From the NCBI GenBank assembly GCA_964413635.1, contig CAYPTH010000003.1, forward strand, positions 5,203 to 64,385: a stretch of DNA of 59,183 nt, read 5' to 3'. The stretch's first letter is position 1, and the number at the start of each line of letters is the position of its first letter. Source of the stretch: an uncultured Spirochaetaceae bacterium (lineage in GTDB: Bacteria > Spirochaetota > Spirochaetia > DSM-27196 > PWMO01). The notes under the pieces are model-generated. The model saw only the letters and a list, made by a program, of their open reading frames with translations. It did not search any database and had not been told where the DNA came from. Shown here piece by piece: positions 35,406-44,736 of this stretch. The position numbers and the translations under genes were made by a program.

Positions 35406-36914
35406 CTAGTGTGAAATATGGAGTTCTTTTATGAGCCTGGAAAGGTACGTGCGCTGGATTCCGAGAGCTTTTGCCGCGTGGGTCTGATTCCAGCCGTGGT
35501 GTTCCAGGGTCGTTCGAATAAACTGCTTCTTAAAGATATTGACCGATTCTTTCAAGGATCGACTGGCGTAGCGGTCCGCACGCACCTTTCTATTCGGTTG
35601 CAGAATCAGGTCCTCCGGGTGGATTAACTCCCGTCGAGTCATGACAACGGAACGCTCAACGGCGTTCTGCAATTCCCGCACATTTCCAGGCCAGGTGTAG
35701 GAGAGCAGCTCTTCCATTGCCTCATCACTGAAGCCGCGAACCGACTTCTTTATATCGCGGACCGACTTCTTGAGGAAATGATCCGCGAGAGCCCGAATAT
35801 CCTCAGGACGCTCTCGGAGCGGAGGGATATAGATCGGGAGCACATTCAGACGGTAGAAGAGGTCTCGCCGAAATTCGCCCTCGTCTACTGCTTCCTCAAT
35901 GTCCTTATTCGTCGCCGCTACAATCCGAACATTGACCTTGATGGGTTGGCTCGAACCGAGAGGTTCGAAGGTTTGCTCCTGGAGGACGCGAAGCAGTTTT
36001 GCCTGCACGCCGTGGGGAATGTCGCCGATCTCGTCGAGGAAGATCGTTCCTTCATCTGCAAGCTCAAAGCGGCCCCGCCGGTCTTGGTGAGCATCCGTGA
36101 AGGCGCCCCGCACGTGGCCGAAGAGCTCACTTTCGAGGAGATTCTCCGGCAGCGCCGCACAGTTCACCCGTATGAGCGGTTTATTGCGCCTGCTGCTACG
36201 AAGGTGGATCTGCTCGGCAAAGAGCTCCTTCCCCACCCCGCTCTCTCCGAGAATCAGCACCGAAGAATTGCTCCTCGCGATGCGGTCAACCAACGCGAGC
36301 TTCTCATCCATGACCGGGCTTTCGGCGATCAGTGTATGGTAGCCCTGCTCCGTGTCGATCTGCGCTTGCAAGGAGTATATCTCCTCCCGCGCCTTTTCGA
36401 AGTTGCGGGCGTTCTGGACGGCCAACGCGGCCTGATTCGCGAAAATCTCGAGCCACTGGCGATTGGCGTCGTTGAAGGGCTTACCGTCGTTCTTGTTGAT
36501 CATCTCGAGAACTCCGGTGCAGCGATCCTTCACTCGCATGGGAACCGCCAGGATCGCGTGAGTAGGAAAGCCAATCTGCTTGCTGATATCCGCAAAGAAG
36601 CGTTCATCCGTCTCCACATCGTTCACAATTAGAGAACGATTATGCTGCGCGACCCAGCCCGCAATCCCCTCACCGAGAGCGAGGGAGAAGCGTTTTACCT
36701 CCGAGCCCTTGGACCCGAGGGCAATTTCGAAGTAGAGCCGATTGTTTTCTGGATGCAGGAGAAGCAGCGAGGATGCCTGTGAATCGGTCAAACGCATTGC
36801 CGACTCAACGATGCGCTGCAAAAGCGCTTGCGCATCGCTATAGTCGGAATTGATAAGCGAGTTGATCTCAATGAGCGTCTCGACCTTCTGCGAGTCAATG
36901 TTTGATTCGAGCAT
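35406..36914 (-). CDS. sigma54-dependent transcriptional activator with N-terminal GAF domain (no receiver domain)
   Basis: Carries a GAF-like N-terminus. The AAA+ core has GESGVGKELFA, ESELFGHVRGAFTDA and RRDLFYRLNV. The C-terminal Fis-type HTH is AAKALGIQRTYLSRLIKE. Confidence 0.9.
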   Translation of the reverse strand: MLESNIDSQKVETLIEINSLINSDYSDAQALLQRIVESAMRLTDSQASSLLLLHPENNRLYFEIALGSKGSEVKRFSLALGEGIAGWVAQHNRSLIVNDVETDERFFADISKQIGFPTHAILAVPMRVKDRCTGVLEMINKNDGKPFNDANRQWLEIFANQAALAVQNARNFEKAREEIYSLQAQIDTEQGYHTLIAESPVMDEKLALVDRIARSNSSVLILGESGVGKELFAEQIHLRSSRRNKPLIRVNCAALPENLLESELFGHVRGAFTDAHQDRRGRFELADEGTIFLDEIGDIPHGVQAKLLRVLQEQTFEPLGSSQPIKVNVRIVAATNKDIEEAVDEGEFRRDLFYRLNVLPIYIPPLRERPEDIRALADHFLKKSVRDIKKSVRGFSDEAMEELLSYTWPGNVRELQNAVERSVVMTRRELIHPEDLILQPNRKVRADRYASRSLKESVNIFKKQFIRTTLEHHGWNQTHAAKALGIQRTYLSRLIKELHISH

Positions 36915-36938
36915 CCCGTCACGCTCAAGTCGAAGCGG

Positions 36939-38663
36939 CTACATGCGCTCCTTCTGCTTGAGCATCTCGCCCAACGTAAGTGTCGTCTCTTCTTCGTCGT
37001 CGTGGATGTATTTCTCAAGCTCTTGCCGCTGTTCCCGGCGTTCGAGCTCGCGGACCGACAGCGAAAGCCGCTGTTTTCCGGGATTCACGTCCGTTACGAC
37101 GCAGTTGATCGTGTCTCCGACGTTGAGGCGCTGTACCGCCTTTTCGAAATCTTCTACCTTGGGATCGGCCAAATTGGCCTTATTGATCAAGCCCTCGACA
37201 CCGCCGGGAACGCGCACGAAGACACCAAAGTCGGTGATGTTCGTGATCTCACCTTCCATGACAACGTGGTTGGCGTGCGCACGCTTGAGGTACGCCCATG
37301 GGTCTTCCTCAAGCTGTTTCACTCCGAGTCGCACGTTGTGGTTCTCCGGATCGACGGAAACCACCATGCACTCGATCTCTTCGCCCTCGGTAAGGACGGC
37401 ACCCGGGTGCTTGTAGCGTTTTGTCCAGGAGAGGTTGTCGACGTGAAGAAACCCATCGATCCCCTCTTCGATCTCGACAAAGGCGCCTGAGTTGGTGAGT
37501 TTTTTCACCGGACGGGTGATGCGGGTACCCTCTGGATATCTCGAGGCAATCTCCTCCCAGGGATTCGGTAGGACCTGCTTGATCCCGAGGGAAACCTTGC
37601 CTTCGGTAACGTCGTAATCAAGGATTTTCGCCTCGACCTCGTCACCAACATTGAGGACCTCTTTGGGATGATTAATGTGCTTCACCCACGATAGCTCCGA
37701 GATGTGTGCGAGGCCCTCGATGCCTTCTTCGAGCTCAATGAAGGCGCCGAAGTCGGTAAGCTTGGTGACCGTACCGCTCACAACCTGGTCGACTCGGTAT
37801 TTGTCCTCAAAGGAGTTCCACGGGTCCTCGGTCATGTGGCGAAGAGAGAGATTGATCTTCTTCTCCTCAGGATCCATGCGGATGACCTTGAGCGTGATCT
37901 TGTCGCCCTTCTTGACGTAGTCTTTTGGTCGCGTTGCATGGCCCCAACTCATGTCGTTGATATGCAGCAGACCATCAAAGCCACCGAGGTCGATGAATGC
38001 GCCGAATGAGGTGAAAGATTTCACCGTTCCCTCGACGACGTCACCAATGCCGACCTGTTCAAAGAACTGTCCGCGGCGCCGGTCGACCTCTTCTTCGAGC
38101 CACCGTCGACGGGAAACAACAATGTTCACGCGATTGTCGCTGTAAAGCCGCTCAATATAGAAGCTCGAGGCTAGACTAACGTACTCTTCGGGCTCGTCTA
38201 CTCGACGCAGGTCGATTTTTGAGATGGGGTTGAAGGCGCGAACACCCGCGTGAAGGCGCACCTCGAAGCCGCCCTTGACGGTGCGAACTACTTTTCCCTC
38301 GACCGGCTCATTGTCTTGAAAGGCCTGCTTGAGTTGTTTCCAGAACACGCGTTCGTCGGCTTTTCGCTTGGATACAGCGACGCCGCCGCGGCTCGCGTCC
38401 TTGCTCAGCAGGACGACGGAGACAGCATCCCCCACCGTAGGGAGATCATCCTCGAATTCCTCAATTGGAACGCGACCCTCGCTTTTGTATCCGATATCGA
38501 CAAATACGTGTTCAGAGCCAATCTGCACAACCGTGCCGTCTACCACCTGTCCGACTTCGAGCTCATCCAAAGTCTTGAGAGATTCATCCATCATTCTCTC
38601 TTGAGCTTCAGAGACCCCGGTCTGCTGTGGTATTTCGCTGTTTTGTGCATCCTTATCTGCCAT
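36939..38663 (-). CDS. rpsA: 30S ribosomal protein S1 (six S1 domains)
   Basis: Repeated S1/OB modules (GTVVQIGSEHVFVDIGYKSEG, GKVVRTVKGGFEV, GTVKSFTSFGAFIDLGG, GTVTKLTDFGAFIEL and others). I take the ATG at 38663 (MADKDAQ...). The track start at 38723 lies inside cmk. Confidence 0.9.
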   Translation of the reverse strand: MADKDAQNSEIPQQTGVSEAQERMMDESLKTLDELEVGQVVDGTVVQIGSEHVFVDIGYKSEGRVPIEEFEDDLPTVGDAVSVVLLSKDASRGGVAVSKRKADERVFWKQLKQAFQDNEPVEGKVVRTVKGGFEVRLHAGVRAFNPISKIDLRRVDEPEEYVSLASSFYIERLYSDNRVNIVVSRRRWLEEEVDRRRGQFFEQVGIGDVVEGTVKSFTSFGAFIDLGGFDGLLHINDMSWGHATRPKDYVKKGDKITLKVIRMDPEEKKINLSLRHMTEDPWNSFEDKYRVDQVVSGTVTKLTDFGAFIELEEGIEGLAHISELSWVKHINHPKEVLNVGDEVEAKILDYDVTEGKVSLGIKQVLPNPWEEIASRYPEGTRITRPVKKLTNSGAFVEIEEGIDGFLHVDNLSWTKRYKHPGAVLTEGEEIECMVVSVDPENHNVRLGVKQLEEDPWAYLKRAHANHVVMEGEITNITDFGVFVRVPGGVEGLINKANLADPKVEDFEKAVQRLNVGDTINCVVTDVNPGKQRLSLSVRELERREQRQELEKYIHDDEEETTLTLGEMLKQKERM

Positions 38664-39324
38664 GATTGTTCTGAGACTCCTGATTTTGGTACTGACGCTG
38701 GATAGTATCCAACACTTTTGCACAAACCTGGGTGATGGTCAAGCCCGAGGTATCGAGGTAAACGGCGTCCTCCGCAATGCGTAAGGCCCCGCCCTGCTTC
38801 CGGCGATCCCGCTCGTCGCGGTCCACAATTGTCCGTCGAAGCTCCTCCAGCGGGACCTCATCGCGCTGTTGTTCGTGCCTACGCCGCGCCCGTGTCTCGA
38901 CATCCGCATCCAAATAGATCTTCACCGCAGCGTCTGGAAACACGACGGTCGCAATGTCCCGGCCCTCCACGATCAGGTCGTTCCTCGTCTCTGCTCGACG
39001 AAGCTCCGCATTGACAATCTCACGCACCTTTGGAATGGCGGAGTGCTGCGACACCCAGTTATCTACGCTCGGTGTATGCAGCGCGTCGGTGAGAAGACGG
39101 CCGTCAACGCGTATGCCGTCGGTCGTCACCTCGAGGCTGGTCTCCCGGGCCAAGGCTTCCACCTTTCCCAGATCCTTTGGGTCGGACAGCGCTTGCAGGG
39201 CCTTGTGGGTAACTGCCCGATACAACTCACCCGAGTTCACGTATACAAACCCGAGCGAGTCGGCACACTCCTTTGCTACGGTGCTCTTTCCAGACCCGGC
39301 CGGACCGTCAATTGCAACAACCAC
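38653..39324 (-). CDS. cmk: cytidylate kinase
   Basis: P-loop is VVAIDGPAGSGKSTVAK. Further motifs are YVNSGELYRA and GRDIATVVFPDA. GTG start at 39324. Confidence 0.9.
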   Translation of the reverse strand: MVVAIDGPAGSGKSTVAKECADSLGFVYVNSGELYRAVTHKALQALSDPKDLGKVEALARETSLEVTTDGIRVDGRLLTDALHTPSVDNWVSQHSAIPKVREIVNAELRRAETRNDLIVEGRDIATVVFPDAAVKIYLDADVETRARRRHEQQRDEVPLEELRRTIVDRDERDRRKQGGALRIAEDAVYLDTSGLTITQVCAKVLDTIQRQYQNQESQNNHGR

Positions 39325-40098
39325 CTACGCCTCCGCATCTTCCGGACGATGCCCTTTGAACCAGGCAACTTCGCGTTTTGTGAGGGCGCGATACGCTCCC
39401 GGTTTTAACGTTCCAAGAGAAACGACACCTATCCGCGACCTATGTACCCGCCGAACCCTAAGGTCGGCCGCCTCGAGGACGCGGCGAATCTCTCGATTCT
39501 TGCCCTCATTGAGGACAATATTGGCCGTCTTCTTGCCGGTGCGCTGATATCGCAAGGCGCAATAGTGCTCACCGTCAATCGTAGTGCCCGAAACGAAGTC
39601 CTTGAGGACCTTCTCGGGAAGCCCCTCGGTCGTTTCAACCAGGTACTCCTTTTCAATCTCGTAGGACGGGTGAAAGATGACTTTCGCAAACTCACCATCA
39701 TTCGTCAGCAGTATGAGTCCCGTCGACCAGTAGTCGAGGCGTCCAACGGGATAAACCCGTTCTTGAACATCGCCCGCCAAGAGGTCGCACACAACGGTAC
39801 GGCCCCGGGGATCGCTGACCGCGCTGATTACCTCTCTCGGCTTGTGCATGGCGAGGTACCGCGAACTCCGCTCAATCTCAATGGGCACGTCGTCGACGCG
39901 CACTTCGTCCCCTCGGGACACCACTGTTCCCATGGCGGTAACCCGTTTACCGTTCACCGTCACGCGGCCCGCGGCGATAATGGACTCGGACTTGCGCCGG
40001 GAGGCCACACCGCTTCGCGCCAGATAGACTTGGAGTCTCAATCGTTCGTTCTTGCCTGCTTTCGGGCCTTTATCCATTGAGTCGAAATCGCTCCTCAT
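39325..40098 (-). CDS. rluB: RluB/RsuA-family 23S rRNA pseudouridine synthase
   Basis: S4 domain is RLQVYLARSGVASRRKSE...GRVTVNG. The catalytic motif is PVGRLDYWSTGLILLTNDGE. The start is ATG 40098 or ATG 40077, which lies 5 nt after the scpB stop. Confidence 0.85.
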   Translation of the reverse strand: MRSDFDSMDKGPKAGKNERLRLQVYLARSGVASRRKSESIIAAGRVTVNGKRVTAMGTVVSRGDEVRVDDVPIEIERSSRYLAMHKPREVISAVSDPRGRTVVCDLLAGDVQERVYPVGRLDYWSTGLILLTNDGEFAKVIFHPSYEIEKEYLVETTEGLPEKVLKDFVSGTTIDGEHYCALRYQRTGKKTANIVLNEGKNREIRRVLEAADLRVRRVHRSRIGVVSLGTLKPGAYRALTKREVAWFKGHRPEDAEA

Positions 40099-40612
40099 CC
40101 GTTTCGCTTAACTTGGGCAAATCGGCAATGCTGGATAGTCCAAAGACTCGAAGAAACTCCCGAGTCGTGCCGTACTGTGCCGGGCGCCCCGGCGTATCGC
40201 GACGTCCGACATCCTTGATCAAGCTCTTGTCCCGCAGCAACTTGATCATTCCGTCGACGTTCACACCTCGAAGACTCTCGATCTCGGCCTTCGTGACCGG
40301 TTGGGAGTACGCAATGATGGAGAGTGTTTCCATGGCCGCCTTGGAGAGACCGGCGTGGCTCCGCTTTGCATACCGGTCCTTCAACTCCGGCCACAGATCG
40401 CGCTTAGGTGAAAGATACGCACGGCCCTCCTCGTAGAGCACCTGGAGTCCACGCCGTGGATCATCCGCATAGTTCTGCGCCAAGCTTTCAAGGGCGCGGC
40501 GCACGACTTCAGGAGCCAAACCGCTGATCTTTGCGATACCGTTCTCCGCAATCGGCTCGCCCTCGAGGTAGAGAATTGCCTCAACTATCGCTACTTCTCT
40601 CTCCAATTCCAT
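40070..40612 (-). CDS. scpB: segregation and condensation protein B
   Basis: Motifs IVEAILYLEGEPI and TLSIIAYSQPVTKAEIESLRGV, plus GRPAQYGTTREFL. Confidence 0.85.
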   Translation of the reverse strand: MELEREVAIVEAILYLEGEPIAENGIAKISGLAPEVVRRALESLAQNYADDPRRGLQVLYEEGRAYLSPKRDLWPELKDRYAKRSHAGLSKAAMETLSIIAYSQPVTKAEIESLRGVNVDGMIKLLRDKSLIKDVGRRDTPGRPAQYGTTREFLRVFGLSSIADLPKLSETDEERFRLNG

Positions 40613-41372
40613 GTACCTCTCGCTTGCGGATCCGAATATCCCCGAACATGCGATTCTGATAAACGCGGATGCGGCGCGTTTTGACCGACTCCAGAATGGC
40701 CAAGAAGGCGCATACCGCTTCGAGTACGGAGCCTTCGGTCGTCAGGAGATCGGTGAACCGGAACTCTTCACGAGACTCGAGAAGCTCTTCGATCAGGCTC
40801 AGCTTCTCGTTCACCGTCACCTGCTCGTACAGGTCTATGATCCGCCCATCCGAGATTGAAGAGACGATCCGCGAGAACGTCTTTAAAAGCTCCCAGACGT
40901 CGAGGTCTTCCCACTGCTCCTCCTCGTCCGGAAATGGAAGCGTTGGCTGATCCTTCCTCCGCTCGAGATTCCAGCCGGCGTTCTCCTGTTGCTCCAACAT
41001 GAGCTGAGTGAGCTTCTTATACCTCTGGTACTCAATGAGTTGATTCACCAGCTCTCGCCGGGGATCCTCGAACTCGTCGTCGTCCGGCGCCTCGACGGGA
41101 AGGAGCATCCGCGACTTGATATGCAGCAGCGTCGAGGCCATCAAGTAAAACTCGGTGATATTGTCCAAGTCAACGCCGGTGGCGTAACGCAGGTAGCTTA
41201 GGTACTGCTCAGTAATCTGCGCGACGGGAATATCGTGAATGTTTATTTCCGACTTTTGGATAAGGAAGAGCAACAAGTCGAGGGGGCCCTCGAAGGCGTC
41301 CAGGCGAAACTGGACCCCGTTATCGGTCTCAGTGTTTTCCCCCGAGCTATCCGTCAACCTATCCGTCACCAC
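40581..41372 (-). CDS. scpA: segregation and condensation protein A (kleisin)
   Basis: Sequence LDAFEGPLDLLLFLIQKSEINIHDIPVAQITEQYL. GTG start overlaps the folK stop. Confidence 0.85.
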   Translation of the reverse strand: MVTDRLTDSSGENTETDNGVQFRLDAFEGPLDLLLFLIQKSEINIHDIPVAQITEQYLSYLRYATGVDLDNITEFYLMASTLLHIKSRMLLPVEAPDDDEFEDPRRELVNQLIEYQRYKKLTQLMLEQQENAGWNLERRKDQPTLPFPDEEEQWEDLDVWELLKTFSRIVSSISDGRIIDLYEQVTVNEKLSLIEELLESREEFRFTDLLTTEGSVLEAVCAFLAILESVKTRRIRVYQNRMFGDIRIRKREVHGIGERSSDS

Positions 41373-41935
41373 AATTCTCCCACCCGTTCTACCCGCTGAT
41401 CCTCCAGGTCGGTCAAGATCTCGGCGAACTTTTTGCCACTTCGTGGATTCAGCAATTCGGGATCCACTTCCACGAGTGGCTCGAGAACGAAACGACGCTC
41501 CTCCATCCGCGGATGCGGAAGCGAGAGATCCTCTCGATCAATAACCACGTCTCCAAACAAAAGCAGGTCGAGATCCAAGCTCCTCGGTCCGAAGCGGAGC
41601 TCCGATGTTCGGTCGCGCCCGTACCGCGCCTCAATTTCATGAAGCCTGTCGAGGAGCGCTTCCGCCCTTCCCAACCACAAGCCGCTGACCACCGCGTTTA
41701 CGAAATCGCGCTGGTCGCTGCGGTGCAGCGGGGCTGTCCTGTACAAACTCGAAACGTGAAGACCGTCGAGGAGCGTATCTAGCTCCGCCGCGGCGGAACG
41801 GATGGTACCTTCCACCTCGCCGACATTGGCTCCAATGCCGATGTATGCACGCCTCGCCTGGTCAGAAGAGCTCCGTGTCACCAGCCTCGGCGTTCTCCTT
41901 CTTCGCCGTACTCTGCTTCTTGGAGCGCGGAGCAT
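41366..41935 (-). CDS. folK: 2-amino-4-hydroxy-6-hydroxymethyldihydropteridine pyrophosphokinase
   Basis: Motifs [42 protein letters not shown] and [16 protein letters not shown]. The start is uncertain. The long ORF overlaps the recA 3' end by 74 nt, and an in-frame GTG at 41881 would reduce that to 20 nt. Confidence 0.75.
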   Translation of the reverse strand: MLRAPRSRVRRRRRTPRLVTRSSSDQARRAYIGIGANVGEVEGTIRSAAAELDTLLDGLHVSSLYRTAPLHRSDQRDFVNAVVSGLWLGRAEALLDRLHEIEARYGRDRTSELRFGPRSLDLDLLLFGDVVIDREDLSLPHPRMEERRFVLEPLVEVDPELLNPRSGKKFAEILTDLEDQRVERVGELW

Positions 41936-43028
41936 CGTCCCCGCCCTTCTTTTCGTTGACGGCCTCGGCCGTCCCCGTGCTCGCTTCAGGCGCCGGCTTC
42001 AAGTGGGCGAACATTTTCTCTCGGAGCTTGGCGTCGAGGTCTGCGCGAATATCCTCGTTGTTTTCAAGGAACAGTTTCGCGTTCTCCCGACCTTGGCCAA
42101 TACGTTCCTCTCCGTAGGAGTACCAACTTCCGCTTTTCTGAATAAGATCATACTTCAGTGCGGCGTCCAAGAGACTCGCGGAGTAGGACAGCCCCTTTCC
42201 AAAGATTAACTCGAGCTCCACCTTCCGAAACGGAGGCGCCACCTTGTTTTTCACAATCTTCACACGGACCTTGTTGCCCACAGCCTCGTCGGCGCCGGCC
42301 GTGATGGTCTCGATACGGCGAACTTCCACTCGCACCGAGCAATAGAACTTCAGTGCCTTGCCGCCCGTAGTCGTCTCGGGATTCCCAAACATGACGCCGA
42401 TCTTCATCCGGATTTGATTTATGAAGATGAGGCTCGTACCGGACTTCGAAATGGTCGCCGTCAGCTTTCGCAGTGCCTGACTCATGAGCCGGGCCTGGAG
42501 GCCAACGTGGGAGTCCCCCATGTCACCTTCGATTTCTGCCTGCGGGGTCAGCGCGGCAACCGAGTCCACGACGATGATATCCACCGCGCCGGATCGAACG
42601 AGGGATTCCGCTATCTCAAGAGCCTGTTCGCCTGTGTCGGGCTGGGATACCCAGAGCTCGTCGACGTTAACGCCCAGATTTCGAGCGTAGATCGGATCGA
42701 GAGCGTGCTCGGCGTCAATGAATGCAGCTATTCCACCCTGCCGCTGCGCCTCCGCAATCGCGTGGAGGGCCAGGGTTGTTTTTCCGGAGGATTCCGGCCC
42801 AAACACCTCAATGACGCGCCCCTTCGGGTAGCCACCGAGGCCGAGAGCTTCGTCCAGGAGGATCGAGCCACTCGGAATGGTCTCGATATTCTTCACTTCG
42901 GTGCCGGAGCCCATCTTCATGAGAGAGCCCTTCCCGAACTGCTTCTCGATCTGCAGTCTCGCCGCCTCTATTGCGCGCTGCTTCTCGCTCTCGTCGTGAA
43001 GATCAGCCGACGATTCTTTCTTTGCCAT
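41862..43028 (-). CDS. recA: recombinase RecA
   Basis: Motifs [15 protein letters not shown], Walker [25 protein letters not shown] and [24 protein letters not shown] take the ATG at 43028, with AAGGA 6 nt upstream. The track start at 43034 is GTG, only 1 nt from the SD. Confidence 0.95.
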   Translation of the reverse strand: MAKKESSADLHDESEKQRAIEAARLQIEKQFGKGSLMKMGSGTEVKNIETIPSGSILLDEALGLGGYPKGRVIEVFGPESSGKTTLALHAIAEAQRQGGIAAFIDAEHALDPIYARNLGVNVDELWVSQPDTGEQALEIAESLVRSGAVDIIVVDSVAALTPQAEIEGDMGDSHVGLQARLMSQALRKLTATISKSGTSLIFINQIRMKIGVMFGNPETTTGGKALKFYCSVRVEVRRIETITAGADEAVGNKVRVKIVKNKVAPPFRKVELELIFGKGLSYSASLLDAALKYDLIQKSGSWYSYGEERIGQGRENAKLFLENNEDIRADLDAKLREKMFAHLKPAPEASTGTAEAVNEKKGGDDAPRSKKQSTAKKENAEAGDTELF

Positions 43029-43144
43029 GGGCACGTCCTTCTTTGTTCCTTCGGGGGATAATGGTTACCACTCTATGGCACGACGGGAACAGACCTGGCG
43101 ATTCACTGGTGACACTATATCGATGAGCTTAATGCGCGGTCAAT

Positions 43145-44302
43145 ATGCCACGGCGCCCCTTTGACGCCCCACGAGAGGTGTGCTATAGCTTCTCGCGTAT
43201 GCGTGGCGAGCTACTGCTTCTTTCGACCAGGTCGACCATGGAGTACGCGGCTGAGGTGGCGTACCATCTCGAGACCTTTCCCGAGGTGAATGCAGAATAC
43301 CGACTCAGGGACACAGTGTCGCGTCTTCGTCCTGTTCGCTTTGCCGACGGCGAAATGGAGGTAGAGGTGAACACGACGCTTCGGGGCAAGGACGTTTTTG
43401 TCTTCGCAAGTGCCGGGCGCAACGACCTCGATCTGTCCGTCGAGGAAAACAAGCTCGAGCTGTATCACGCCGTGGATGCGCTGCAACGCAGCCAGGCGGA
43501 ACGCATTACCGTGTTCGAACCCTACTGCTCCTCGTCACGGTCGGACCGTACGACTCGCCGAAACTCAGTGGGGTTCTGGGTCCACTACAAGACGCTCGTG
43601 AGCCTTGGGACGAACCACATTATCACCTATCAGCTCCACTCCGAGAAGTCGCGGACGATAGTCGACCCCACCGTGTGTGCCATTGACGATATCCCGGCCA
43701 ACGCTCTGGTGGCGGAGTTTCTTTGTGACAACTTCGTTCGCACCAGGGACCGCCTCGAGGACTACGTACGAGATAATTGGGTCTTCTGTTCCGTTGACGC
43801 CGGTGGAGAGGGAATTGCGAAGAAGTACGCGAACGCCTTCGGGACCGATCTCGTAATAGCCCACAAGCATCGTGACTACACGAAGACCAATACGGTGGAG
43901 TCGATCAACATTCTCTCCGATTCACCCATAGAGGGCAAAGAGATCTGGATTGTAGATGACATGATAGATACGGCCGGCTCGGTGGAGCGACTGGTCCGAG
44001 AACTGAACAAACGCGATGTTGCGAAGATTCACATTGTCGCCATTCATGCAGTGCTGTCCGATCCCGCAACTGCACGACTCACTCGACTCTATGAAGAGGG
44101 GCTTCTTCACAGTCTCGTGGTCGCAGATACCCTAAAGTGCGGCCCCGATCTCCGCGAACAGCTTCCCTTTGTGCACGTCGTACCCTCGGCACGGCTCAGC
44201 GCGGAGATCGTGCTGCGGATGCACCGAGAAGAGTCCCTCTCTCCCTTCTTTGAGACATTTGACCCACGTGCCTACATGAGTCGACTAAAACTCTCGACGT
44301 GA
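43145..44302 (+). CDS. prs: ribose-phosphate pyrophosphokinase (divergent, long form)
   Basis: Motifs FADGEMEVEV, ITVFEPYCSSSRSDR and the PRPP loop IWIVDDMIDTAGS. An alternative start is ATG 43199. Confidence 0.8.
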   Translation: MPRRPFDAPREVCYSFSRMRGELLLLSTRSTMEYAAEVAYHLETFPEVNAEYRLRDTVSRLRPVRFADGEMEVEVNTTLRGKDVFVFASAGRNDLDLSVEENKLELYHAVDALQRSQAERITVFEPYCSSSRSDRTTRRNSVGFWVHYKTLVSLGTNHIITYQLHSEKSRTIVDPTVCAIDDIPANALVAEFLCDNFVRTRDRLEDYVRDNWVFCSVDAGGEGIAKKYANAFGTDLVIAHKHRDYTKTNTVESINILSDSPIEGKEIWIVDDMIDTAGSVERLVRELNKRDVAKIHIVAIHAVLSDPATARLTRLYEEGLLHSLVVADTLKCGPDLREQLPFVHVVPSARLSAEIVLRMHREESLSPFFETFDPRAYMSRLKLST

Positions 44303-44734
44303 GTCAATGAGAATGGTCATGGGACCGTCATTGACGGAAGCGACGTCCATGTGAGCCCGAAAGATCCCGGTTTCAACGTTCAGATCGTTGCTTCGAAGCG
44401 ATTCCACGAAACGTTCGTACCAGTATTCTCCCGCCTCCGCTCCGGCGGCGCGGTTGTACGAGGGCCGTCGTCCCTTCCTCGTGTCACCGTAGAGGGTGAA
44501 TTGAGAAATGACCAAAGCGTTTCCTGCCGCCTCCACAAGGGAGAGATTCGGGGTGCCGTTCTCGTCATCGAATACGCGCAACCCGGCGACTTTCCGAGAC
44601 AGATAGTCCAGGTCACGCTCCTCGTCGTCCGCAGCCACGCCGAGGTAGATCAATACTCCCCGGCCAATGCTGCCGACCGCGTCTCCGTCGACCGAAACCG
44701 TGCAGCTGTGTACGCGTTGAACCACGGCACGCAC
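44285..44734 (-). CDS. dtd: D-aminoacyl-tRNA deacylase
   Basis: Motifs MRAVVQRV (GTG start), LISQFTLYGDTRKGRRPS and NDGPMTILIDS. Its 3' end overlaps the convergent prs by 18 nt. Confidence 0.9.
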   Translation of the reverse strand: MRAVVQRVHSCTVSVDGDAVGSIGRGVLIYLGVAADDEERDLDYLSRKVAGLRVFDDENGTPNLSLVEAAGNALVISQFTLYGDTRKGRRPSYNRAAGAEAGEYWYERFVESLRSNDLNVETGIFRAHMDVASVNDGPMTILIDSRREF

Positions 44735-44736
44735 TT

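Noticed and set aside
43076-43090. TGGCAC in the recA-prs divergent region as a possible sigma54 -24 element
   Set aside because: The -12 position reads GAAC instead of TTGC, so the match is to half a site only. I also looked in 43029-43144 for a palindromic SOS/LexA-type operator upstream of recA and saw none convincing.
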